Shown: piece after piece, positions 47,790 to 59,078 of the stretch
Layout of the letters: each line of letters opens with the position of its first letter
Numbering within the stretch: the stretch's first letter is position 1
Source of the DNA: Laetmonice hystrix
Lineage: Eukaryota
Assembly: GCA_965235115.1 (NCBI GenBank)
Contig: OZ249440.1
Span: 35,466,001-35,530,000, forward strand
Direction: 5' to 3'
DNA: 64,000 bases
Position numbers and translations under genes: made by a program
Notes under the pieces: model-generated
Database searches by the model: none
Told to the model about the DNA's origin: nothing
The model's input: the letters and a program-made list of their open reading frames with translations, nothing else

Positions 47790-50097
47790 ACGGGGCAAGG
47801 GGACTAATGAATGGTACCCCCAGACTCCCCTCCTCCTGGGCTACAACTGCCTAGGAGGAAAATGATTGGCAATTATTTTAAAGGGTCATGATGGGCTAAT
47901 GAAGTTGGGTCAATTTCGGCGATTTTGTAATATAAGGGGTCCACCCGAAGTGTCACTGACAGTCCCCTACGGGGCAAGGGGACTAATGAATGGTACCCTC
48001 AGACTCCCCTCCTCCTGGGCTACCACTGCCTAGGAGGAAAATGATTGGCAATTATTTTAAAGGGTCATGGTGGGCTAATGAAGTTGGGTCAATTTCGGCG
48101 ATTTCATAGCATAAGGGGTCCACCCGAAGTTTTACTCACAGTCCCCTACGGGGCAAGGGGACTAATGAATGGTACCCCCAGACTCCCCCCCCCCCTCCTG
48201 GGCTACCACTGCCTAGGAGGAAAATGATTGGCAATTATTTTAAAGGGTCATGATGGGCTAATGAAGTTGGGTCAATTTCAGCGATTTTGTAATATAAGGG
48301 GTCCACCCGAAGTGTCACTGACAGTCCCCTACGGGGCAAGAAGACTAATGAATGGTACCCTCAGACTCCCCTCCTCCTGGGCTACCACTGCCTAGGAGGA
48401 AAATGATTGGCAATTATTTTAAAGGGTCATGATGGGCTAATGAAGTTGGGCCAATTTCGGCGATTTTGTAATATAAGGGGTCCACCCGAAGTGTCACTGC
48501 ATGACAGTCCCCTACGGGGCAAGGGGACTAATGAATGGTACCCCCAGACTCCCCTCCTCCTGGGCTACCACTGCCTAGGAGGAAAATGATTGGCAATTAT
48601 TTTAAAGGGTCATGGTGGGTTAATGACGTTAGGTCAGTTTCGGCGATTTCACACTGTGGAAGGGGTCCACCCGAAGTGTCACTGACAGTCCCCTACGGGG
48701 CAAGGGGACTAATGAATGGTACCCCCAGACTCCCCTCCTCCTGGGCTACCACGGCCTAGGAGGAAAATGATTGGCAATTATTTTAAAGGGTCATGGTGGG
48801 CTAATGAAGTTAGGTCAATTTCGGCGATTTCATAGCATAAGGGGTCCACCCGAATTTTACTCACAGTCCCCTACGGGGCAAGGGGACTAATGAATGGTAC
48901 CCCCAGACTCCCCTCCACCTGGGCTACCACTGCCTAGGAGGAAAATGATTGGCAATTATTTTAAAGGGTCATGGCGGGCTAATGAAGTTGGGTCAATTTC
49001 GGCGATTTTGTAGTATAAGGGGTCCACCCGAAGTGTCACTGACAGTCCCCTACGGGGCAAGGGGACTAATGAATGATACCCCCAGACTCCCCTCCTCCTG
49101 GGCTACCACTGCCTAGGAGGAAAATGATTGGCAATTATTTTAAAGGGTCATGATGGGCTGATGAAGTTGGGTCAATTTCGGCGATTTTGTAATATAAGGG
49201 GTCCACCCGAAGTGTCACTGACAGTCCCCTACGGGGCAAGGGGACTAATGAATGGTACCCCAGACTCCCCTCCTCCTGGGCTACCACTGCCTAGGAGGAA
49301 AATGATTGGCAATTATTTTAAAGGGTCATGGTGGGCTAATGAAGTTGGGTCAATTTCGGCGATTTTGTAGTATAAGGGGTCCACCCGAAGTGTCACTGAC
49401 AGTCCCCTACGGGGCAAGGGGACTAATGAATGGTACCCCCAGACTCCCCTCCTCCTGGGCTACCACGGCCTAGGAGGAAAATGATTGGCAATTATTTTAA
49501 AGGGTCATGGTGGGCTAATGAAGTTGGGTCAATTTCGGCGATTTCATAGCATAAGGGGTCCACCCGAATTTTACTCACAGTCCCCTACGGGGCAAGGGGA
49601 CTAATGAATGGTACCCCCAGACTCCCCTCCACCTGGGCTACCACTGCCTAGGAGGAAAATGATTGGCAATTATTTTAAAGGGTCATGGCGGGCTAATGAA
49701 GTTGGGTCAATTTCGGCGATTTTGTAGTATAAGGGGTCCACCCGAAGTGTCACTGACAGTCCCCTACGGGGCAAGGGGACTAATGAATGATACCCCCAGA
49801 CTCCCCTCCTCCTGGGCTACCACTGCCTAGGAGGAAAATGATTGGCAATTATTTTAAAGGGTCATGATGGGCTAATGAAGTTGGGTCAATTTCGGCGATT
49901 TTGTAATATAAGGGGTCCACCCGAAGTGTCACTGACAGTCCCCTACGGGGCAAGGGGACTAATAAATGGTACCCCCAGACTCCCCTCCTCCTGGGCTACC
50001 GCTACCTAGGAGGAAAATGATTGGCAATTATTTTAAAGGGTCATGGTGGGTTAATGACGTTAGGTCAGTTTCGGCGATTTCACACTGTGGAAGGGGT
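47790..50097 (+). repeat. 179-bp tandem array, about 13 copies (left arm)
   Basis: GGGGCAAGGGGACTAATGAATGGTACCCCCAGACTCCCC recurs at 47792, 47971 and onward. Confidence 0.97.
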
Positions 50098-50106
50098 TAC
50101 TCTTGA

Positions 50107-50607
50107 CCCGATACGCATGTTCTCCTCTTCTTTAAGAAGAGAGACTGGCGTTAGTCTCCACTCCTTCAAGAACAGAGACCTTGTCCATTCCGCCCAGTGG
50201 TGGGCGTAAGAAATGGAGACTTTCTTCTTCCAATGGAGACTAGCTAGGTGTCCAATCACCTTGCCGCCTCGGTTCCACCTCAGCGAGCAGGTCAGCAGGT
50301 GAATATCTCACCTAGGTAGTTAAGCCAATGGGTTCTTCCCCCATGATAACTTTCCACGAAATGTTTGGGCAGGGGTTAGGGTTAAGGTCAGGGATAGGGA
50401 TAGGGATAGGGGTCAGGGTTAAGGTCAGGGATAGGGATAGGATAGAATTTAGTTTCCTTGTCAAAATGTATACACCTGCTCTCATTTTTCAAGAAGAAAG
50501 TCTCCATTTCTTACGCCCACCACTGGGCGGAATGGGCAAGGTCTCTGTTCTTGAAGGAGTGGAGACTAACGCCAGTCTCTTGAAGAAGAGGAGAACATGC
50601 ATATCGG
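50107..50607. mobile_element. MITE with about 120-bp TIRs and internal GGGTTA/GGGATA repeats
   Basis: 50107-50230 is the reverse complement of 50491-50607. Confidence 0.8.
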
Positions 50608-50720
50608 CTGGAGAGACTGGGGGAGCAGCGGGAGCCTTTCTATATGCCTGTACCCACTAGCGCGTTTTACCGCTGCGGTCCACGCAGAGCGACAAAACGC
50701 GCTAGTGGGTTCAGGCCTTA

Positions 50721-51319
50721 AGGCCTCCACACACTTGGGCACTTCACGCCGCGATTTGACGTCGCGTGAAACGCGTCGCGAAAACGCGTTGTAACCCATA
50801 ATAGCATTACAATGGGAAACCACACACTTCGGCTTGGCGTTAAAAAAACACGCATTGCGACCGCAGCGTGAAATGACCGAAACTTCAGAATAGGTTTCTG
50901 TGCGTATCACGCGGCGTGTTGCCTCGACCAATCATCCATTCAGCCAATAGGCATCCAGTATCTGTGGTCACACCACCTTGCACCTGATGATCCCAGGGTA
51001 ATCTGTATTCCATTTTACCTTCTAGCAGCCAGCAGGATTGGGCGGAAGGAAGAGGACCAGAAAACCGAACAGTTGATAGTGGAAACCGAGAAAATCCCTG
51101 CCTATACGGCAAACAATGTCCCTCCTATAAAAAATGCACAGAAACAGTATGACATATTGCATTTTGCATTTTGCCATTCTGCAAACAGCCAGCGATGACC
51201 GCGTGCATTTTCCGCGCAAGTGGGAACCATTTATCGCACGGCGAAACGCCAAGTAGTTACGCCGGGCGTTTCACGCGACGTCAAATCGCGGCGTGAACTG
51301 CCCAAGTGTGTGGAGGCCT
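50721..51319. mobile_element. PIF/Harbinger-type MITE
   Basis: About 54-bp TIRs AGGCCTCCACACACTTGGGCA...; TTA TSD at 50718-50720 and 51320-51322. Confidence 0.85.
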
Positions 51320-51816
51320 TTACGGCAAGCACCACCGCCTTCAGGAGATATGTGGACATTTCCGAATTACGTGGGAGTCCGAATTTTATCACGATGAATA
51401 CAACAATAACAGCTAAAGGCCTGAACCCACTAGCGCGTTTTGTCGCTCAGCGTGGACCGCAGCGGTAAATCGCGCTAGTGGGTACAGGCGACGCACAACG
51501 CCGAGATTAGTACATCTGAATTTCATAGAATGGTTTCCATTTGAGCGATGCGACAAAAATACCCGATTGACAACGCCGCGGCCGAAACAGGGGAAAAAGC
51601 CGTTGCAAAAATAGAATTTGAAGCGATTAACCGCGGGGGGGGGGGGGCGTGACACCTGAAGGGGAGTGAATGATGACCGGTATGCGTGTTTCTGCCTCAG
51701 TGGGAACAGGTTACCTAATCAGGGCCGCCGCGATTTCCCGTCGCGGGAAATCGCGACGTTTTTGGTTGAGCGACAAAACGCGAGCAGTGTGAAGCGGGAC
51801 TAACGGGACTGACGGA

Positions 51817-52149
51817 CTAGCGGGACTAACGAAGGGTGCCACGACCTCCTCCAGGCCGAGGGCAATACACACCTAGTAGGATGTTGCCCGGCAGTTTCTC
51901 TAAGCGGACCTGATCAGGGACCGAACTTGGCCAAAATCAAGACTATGCTATAATGCTATGTACCCCCTGCCCACTTGACGTCTTGCTACGTCATTCCTAC
52001 GGCCTAGCAGGACTAACGAAGGGTGCCACGACCTCCTCCAGGCCAAGGGCAATACACACCCTGTAGATTGTTGCCCGGCAGTTTCTCTAAGCGGACCGGA
52101 TCAGGGACCGAACTTGGCCAAAATCAAGACTATGCTATAATGCTATGTA
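51817..52149 (+). repeat. Direct duplication of about 145 bp
   Basis: GGACTAACGAAGGGTGCCACGACC...GCTATAATGCTATGTA at about 51817-51962 and 52004-52149. Confidence 0.85.
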
Positions 52150-53517
52150 TTCATTAGCCCACCATGACCCTTTAAAATAATTGCCAATCATTTTCCTCCT
52201 AGGCAGTGGTAGCCCAGGAGGAGGGGAGTCTGGGGGTACCATTCATTAGTCCCCTTGCCCCGTAGGGGACTGTGGGTAAAACTTCGGGTGGACCCCTTAT
52301 ACTACAAAATCGCCAAAATTGACCCAACTTCATTAGCCCACCATGACCCTTTAAAATAATTGCCAATCATTTTCCTCCTAGGCAGGGGTAGCCCAGGAGA
52401 AGGGGAGTCTGGGGGTACCATTCATTAGTCCCCTTGCCCCGTAGGGGACTGTGGGTAAAACTTCGGGTGGACCCCTTATACTACAAAATCGCCAAAATTG
52501 ACCCAACTTCATTAGCCCACCATGACCCTTTAAAATAATTGCCAATCATTTTCCTCCTAGGCAGGGGTAGCCCAGGAGAAGGGGAGTCTGGGGGTACCAT
52601 TCATTAGTCCCCTTGCCCCGTAGGGGACTGTGAGTAAAACTTCGGGTGGACCCCTTATGCTATGAAATCGCCGAAATTGACCCAACTTCATTAGCCCACC
52701 ATGACCCTTTAAAATATTTGCCAATCATTTTCCTCCTAGGCAGTGGTAGCCCAGGAGGAGGGGAGTCTGGGGGTACCATTCATTAGTCCCCTTGCCCCGT
52801 AGGGGACTGTCAGTGACACTTCGGGTGGACCCCTTGTACTACAAAATCGCCGAAATTGACCCAACTTCATTAGCCCACCATGACCCTTTAAAATAATTGC
52901 CAATCATTTTCCTCCTAGGCAGGGGTAGCCCAGGAGAAGGGGAGTCTGAGGGTACCATTCATTAGTCCCCTTGCCCCGTAGGGGACTGTCAGTGACACTT
53001 CGGGTGGACCCCTTATATTACAAAATCGCCGAAATGGACCCAACTTCATTAGCCCACCATGACCCTTTAAAATAATTGCCAATCATTTTCCTCCTAGGCA
53101 GTGGTAGCCCAGGAGGAGGGGAGTCTGGGGGTACCATTCATTAGTCCCCTTGCCCCGTAGGGGACTGTGAGTAAAACTTCGGGTGGACCCCTTATGCTAT
53201 AAAATCGCCGAAATTGACCCAACTTCATTAGCCCACCATGACCCTTTAAAATAATTGCCAATCATTTTCCTCCTAGGCAGTGGTAGCCCAGGAGGAGGGG
53301 AGTCTGGGGGTACCATTCATTAGTCCCCTTGCCCCGTAGGGGACTGTCAGTGACACTTCGGGTGGACCCCTTATATTACAAAATCGCCGAAATTGACCCA
53401 ACTTCATTAGCCCACCATGACCCTTTAAAATAATTGCCAATCATTTTCCTCCTAGGCAGTTGTAGCCCAGGAGGAGGGGAGTCTGGGGGTACCATTCATT
53501 AGTCCCCTTGCCCCGTA
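52150..53517 (-). repeat. 179-bp tandem array, about 7.6 copies, inverted (right arm)
   Basis: Reverse complement of the left-arm monomer. Confidence 0.97.
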
Positions 53518-56500
53518 ATTGCGAATCGTATCCTAGGTGGCGAATCAGATCCTGCGTTCGCGAATCGTGAACCGTGTACCGTGAACCAGATCCTAACTTC
53601 ACACTGCTAATTTAGCAATCAAATAGGTATCTCTATCTAGTTAATAAGAATCTTGGGATATAGGGCCCAGGCGAAAAAGTAAAAACTGTGCTTTGACATT
53701 GCAACACGCCAAGTCCATCCTGGCAAGACAATCCCATATTAAACAAACACACTGGAAATGATTTACAGCAGGGGGATCCATGACTGACAGTGACAGGAAG
53801 GAATTCAGCCAGGGGTTTAGGATTGGGGCTACATGGCTACAGCTAGAGCCCAGGAACTGGGAAGCCCGGATATGGAAATGGGATGGGAGAGACTGGGGCT
53901 GGGAGCACCAGGGATGGCAGTGGTAAGGGAACTAAGCTAGATGGAAGGATCATGGGAAGGACAGCTGGGGGGGGGGGAGTGGGTGAACAAGAACAGGGTT
54001 AAAAAGGGTAAGGCTAGGGGCGAAGTAATTAGAAAACTGTAACGAGGAAGAACAAATTTGAGATTTTATTATTCATTTCTTTAAGATGTCATTCTTCCCA
54101 TGACCGAAAGCACCGCATCTGAAATGCAGGACGAAATAGGCACGGGTCAGGTGGTTTGGGAGGCATTGAACCAAACTACTGATACCAAGGCTAAAGACCC
54201 AACCTGGCATCCACAAGGTATGCTTAGATGGCCACTTTCTACAAATTTAAGCTTTTCTTATAACCAAAGGACATGTACACAGTGAGAATTGAATTTTTAA
54301 GTAATAGTCACCTATGAGCGAAAAATACCAACCTGTTTTATTTTTAGGGTCAGATGGCGAATCTTCTGAGGATCAGAACACGGTATTTCAAACTTGGAAG
54401 TTTACTGATGTCAATTTTGCTTGAAGAAGAGCAGCAGGATATAAATAACTGTCGGTCTCAGTAAATTTTATTTAAATTTTACCAGGATGAAAATGACGTC
54501 ACTTCAACATGACTAACGGGCCCAGGAATATAGGAGGTTATAGTGCTCAATCTGCGTGTGGTTTCTCTTTCCCTGTGAATTGTAGGAAAAGCAACTTGCA
54601 CTAAAAGAATGTGAACACCCAAGGAGAAGTCCAAAAGTACATGAGCGACAACATCGAGAAGGGGGTCACACCAAACATGGCGGCCTGCCTGCAGGCGCAG
54701 GAAGCGTCTAGCCTTTTATCAGGGCGGAAGTGGACAGACATAAAGCACAAAGTTCGGGGGCTCTGTCTTCAGAAGAAGCGTCAGCTAAAAAGTGTCATGG
54801 TGTTGCAAAGCGTTGCAAAGTCCATTTGGGTTGACTCAGATATTTGTGACCCTCCACCACAACACCAGGCATAAGTCGCGCTGGGTAGTTTAGAACTAGA
54901 GGCCAATTTCCATTGACATGATTTCTGGCCGGTTTTGAGATTCCATCAGGAATCGATAGAAAAACATCTATATTTTCATGTTCTGTGGTCAGAAATTCCC
55001 TAAACCCTCAGAAAAATAGATTAATTAGCCATTTGTTGAAGGTTCATTTTTTAATTTTAATTAATTAATTAATTAATGTCCTGGAAACAAATTGCTATAA
55101 CTTGAGTCATATTCAACGTAGAGATACAATTTTTACACCATTAGAAAGGTCAGTAGTCTGTATCAGACTCTGGCAGCCATATTGAAAGAGCGCGAGGCAA
55201 CCACATTTCACGTTCGAACGGGCCCGTGTGACCAGAGTTTGTGTCATTCGGCGACTGATAATTTCCTTGGGATCACTCCGGGTGGTAAAACTTGCCAAGT
55301 AGATACAAAAGATATTAATGTATGACTCACGGTGATGTGTTGCATTGCGATCTTCATAAAGCATACTTTTGTTCGCGGTTTTGCCTGTTCTCTTTGCACA
55401 CACAACCGTCGAACCATGTTGGATTGACCGATGGGTCATGAACATTATGAATTATGAATTGTGTTGTGGCTGCCAGGTGGAACAAACCACGCAGATTCTT
55501 GGATCCGGCGGCCAGAATGCCGCTATTCACGTCCCACTGCGATTCCACTTTTACCAGAAACCTGCCCATAACGTCACCCCTAACGCAATTTGAAGCAAGA
55601 TGGCATCAGATTCATCGCCGATTTCAGAGAGGGTTGCAAACGATAGCTGCACACGAACTCTGTATTAGTTAACGTACCCCAATAAGAGTACAGTCAGTTA
55701 TAGTGTAATGAGTCATTAGAGGTGAGTGAGTGTGTGTCCGATGAAGCCAGTGCAGAATTGCCACTGGGGTTGGCCTCCGCGTGGCAATGTTGCCACTGGA
55801 TCTATCCGCCCCATCCCTGGACCCTGCCTAACAGAAAAAGGGTCTAGGTTCCTGGACTAATGACAATGAAGACTCGGATTACTCTGACATGGAGGAAGTA
55901 GCCACAGTAGCGGAAAACATCCAGAAATATCTCTCAACATTTGTTGAATAAAATAATTTCAGAATGTACTTGATGTATTTGATTTATACCTCTCACCTGT
56001 TTTAAAATGCAGCAGAAATCACCTCTGAGGAGTTGGAAAAAACGACTTTTTCTGGGGGGACCCCCCAGTGCAAGGGGCCACCCCCTTCCATGCTCTCCCC
56101 CAAATCGCACTTCGCTTTCTTTCGCAGCTCTTTTCACAGTCTAGTGAAAGGGGGGGGGGGGGCTAGAAAAAAAATCACTTACTAGCCCTACAGTCTCCCG
56201 TCCAACGGCAAAACCTAGTAACTCACTTTATCATCAAAATTGAGCTGGTACTAGGATATACTTCGTGTTAATGTACAATGTTATAAGTAACTACCACAGA
56301 ACATCGTGGATACCACAGTAAAACCTAGTATCTCAATGGACCAATCAGATGCCACGCTGCAGTCATATGGCACCAAGATGGCAGCGCCCACCATGTCCAG
56401 TAATTGATCTGCAGCCTAAGATTTTTTCAGTTCGGCTACTTATTCGCTTTATTCCCGAGTATGTCCTGGAGCAGAGGGAAAAGATTAGTGGCGCTAGCCC

Positions 56501-59078
56501 TAGAAAAAGTCTTGTGCTATGTTATATAATTTTGGGGGGAAGGGGTGTTTCTCTTGCCGTTTCAAAGTGTTTCAGGGGCAATTATGTTCCGATGCAACTA
56601 CCAATAGTGGAGGGCACCCCTGACTTGCAATGTTCAGATACCCATGGACCAGGCCCCAGATGCCACATAGAGCAGTAGAGAGGAGCTGATTTTGGGGATA
56701 TACCCCTACCGAGGTAGAACAAAGCAAAACACGCTTTTTTTGGAAGGACTCCACCTGAAGTGTAGGGATTTTGGTGTTGTACCATTGGCAACTGAGTACA
56801 ACACCCCTTTCTCAGACGGTTTCCATGGCAACAAGGGATTTTTTAAAAACTAGCCAAAAAAACATAAAAATATCTATAACTCTGGATGTATTTTCTGAAT
56901 TTCTCTGAAACTTTGGTCAAGCATTCATCATTAAGGGCAACACCCGATGATATTATGACCTTGACCCAAGGTCAAGGTCACATTATTCAAGGTCAAACAT
57001 TAAAAAATGATGGAAAATGTGGCTTGGACATGATGTAAACTCTTGTGTTTAGTCAGAGAGAGTATTTCTTTATCAGTTTCACATGCCAATGAACAGAACA
57101 GACCATTAACTACACTTTCATATGAAATTTTGGCAGTCATGGTCAGTGTTACCATGGTAACCAGGACATCACCACCAGAGAGGCTGTTCTGCACTAAGAG
57201 GCATGGCGAACAATGTGTCATTTTACAGAATTGGGTACAGTTTGAAAAGGGCTTTCATTGTCTCCATAGAAACACTTCTCTGTGAGCACAACAAAAATCA
57301 ACTATGACCTTGACCTTGGTCCAAGGTCAAGGTCACATATATCAAGGTTATATTCAAAAAATGATGGAAAATGTGGCTTTTACATGATGTAAACTCTTGT
57401 GTTTAGTTGGAGAGAGTATTTATTAATCGGTTCTTGAATGCCAAAGAACAGAACAGATATGAAACTTCACTTTGATATGAAACTTTGGCGGTCATGGTCA
57501 CTGTTGCCATGGTAACCAGGACATCATCATCAGACAGGCTGTTCTGAACTAAGTGGCATGGGAAAAAATGTATCATTTCACAGAATTGGTTTGAAAAGGG
57601 CTTTCATTACCTCCATAGAAACATTTCTCTGTGAGTGCAAAAAAAATCAGCTATGACCTTGACCTTGGACCAAGGTCAAGGTCACACATATATCAAGGTC
57701 AAATTTTTAAAAAATGATGGAAAACGTGGCTTGTACATAATGTAAACTCTTGTGTTTAGTCAGAAAGATTATTCATCATGAAGTTATCATCATCACTAAA
57801 ACTATCATCATTCAATTTTTGCACAATGCATTCAAAGAATGCGGCCATTGCCTTATTAAATCACCTGTAGGTATCCAATAGCTTCGTTACCATGGTTTCT
57901 AGGGTACATAAGTATAAACACATTACAGTGGTTAAATTACTTCTATAAGATAATACATGAATGACAATTGAAATTATCTGCAAGTTCAAGACAGGTTACT
58001 GGAATTGCCTAGCAATGCATTCTGGGACAGGCTTGCAGGTAGTTCATTAAAGTATGTCCTTGAAAAATAGGTGAAGGTCAAGTGCTTCTGTGCAGTATAA
58101 ATTAGGTTGTCAGACTAACAACTTTGTAAATATTTATGTACATTCACACATTCACACATAACATAGACACATAACTGAATAATAATAACTTGAAACTACC
58201 ACCAAACAAGCAGTTTCAAGTCATGCTACTGGTTCTGTTGCCTAGCAACAATCATTCCAGCACTTCTGAGAGAGGCTTTAAAAGCGCGACCTTGCTCTGG
58301 TAAGATTTAACTCTATGTTGATGTACTGGTGATAATAATTCACAAAAATACCTCGTCTACATGCAACGAGGACTGTGGAACTTGGAATAGTAATTTTTTA
58401 TAAATGTTAATGTTTCATAACACACACAAAATAATTTAAAAAACCATGAATGATTACTGTGCAGCAGACGAATATTTATGTTTACCTTTTGGCATGTAGT
58501 TCTGGGAAACTGCTCTTTTTGTTATTAACATGAACAGACTATATACAACACATATTCAGCATAAGGAAGAACTGAGGAGTTACTTTTGTCATTACTTGCA
58601 CCCTGGAACATTTTGACATAGTGATTCCATAAATTATGTCATTTTTTTTTTATTTGAGAATTATTTCACAGTAAATTTCAAGATTATATCAGCAAAATTC
58701 TGGACATGATTCAACCAACATGATTCTGTTGCACATAACCTTCATGCACTTTGTTGACTCTATTAGCTTTTATTCAGTTAAACATGTATAGCATCTTATA
58801 CTTCCATAAAGGAAAGCTCATTGTCTCGAGTTTCCTGTTTTATACAGTTTTTAACAGCCTAAATGGAAAAGACATAAAGGTATATAATATAATAATTACA
58901 AGGTGTTTTGAAACCTTCCTGAAAAGAATTGGAAATAACTTTCTTTGAAATTACTTAATTTTGTTCTGCTTAGGCACCCAGAATAATTTCTTCTGTTTTG
59001 CTAAAGATTGTCTGGTAAATGTTTGCAGTGGGTATACAGTAATTATGGAATGGTCATTTGCAGGTCCACTATGCCAGG

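Larger units (their letters stand above)
47700..53606. mobile_element. Foldback-type non-autonomous element with long TIRs made of tandem repeats
   Basis: Matching about 90-bp outer inverted termini (CAGTGTGAAGTTAGGATCTGG...) followed by oppositely oriented 179-bp arrays. Confidence 0.9.
46475..54800 (+). pseudogene. Spliced 3' part of a tyrosine-recombinase-like gene with C-terminal Myb/SANT-like domain (exons about 46475-46670, 54086-54217, 54349-54381, 54586-54800)
   Basis: ELSWVIKHQGHSMNLHNTHDR..IEHAKVATLLVLADGG..GKSLEDL; AG/GT-bounded exons, the first two introns both phase 1; last exon KRM*TPKE..IEKGVTPNMAAC..LSGRKWTDIKHKV with a stop and a frameshift. Confidence 0.6.

Noticed and set aside
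47680..50209. Short repeated ORFs (MAIILKGH...)
   Set aside because: By-products of the 179-bp repeat, whose length is not a multiple of three
50370..50445. Interstitial telomere
   Set aside because: Only a few degenerate GGGTTA/GGGATA units, inside a MITE
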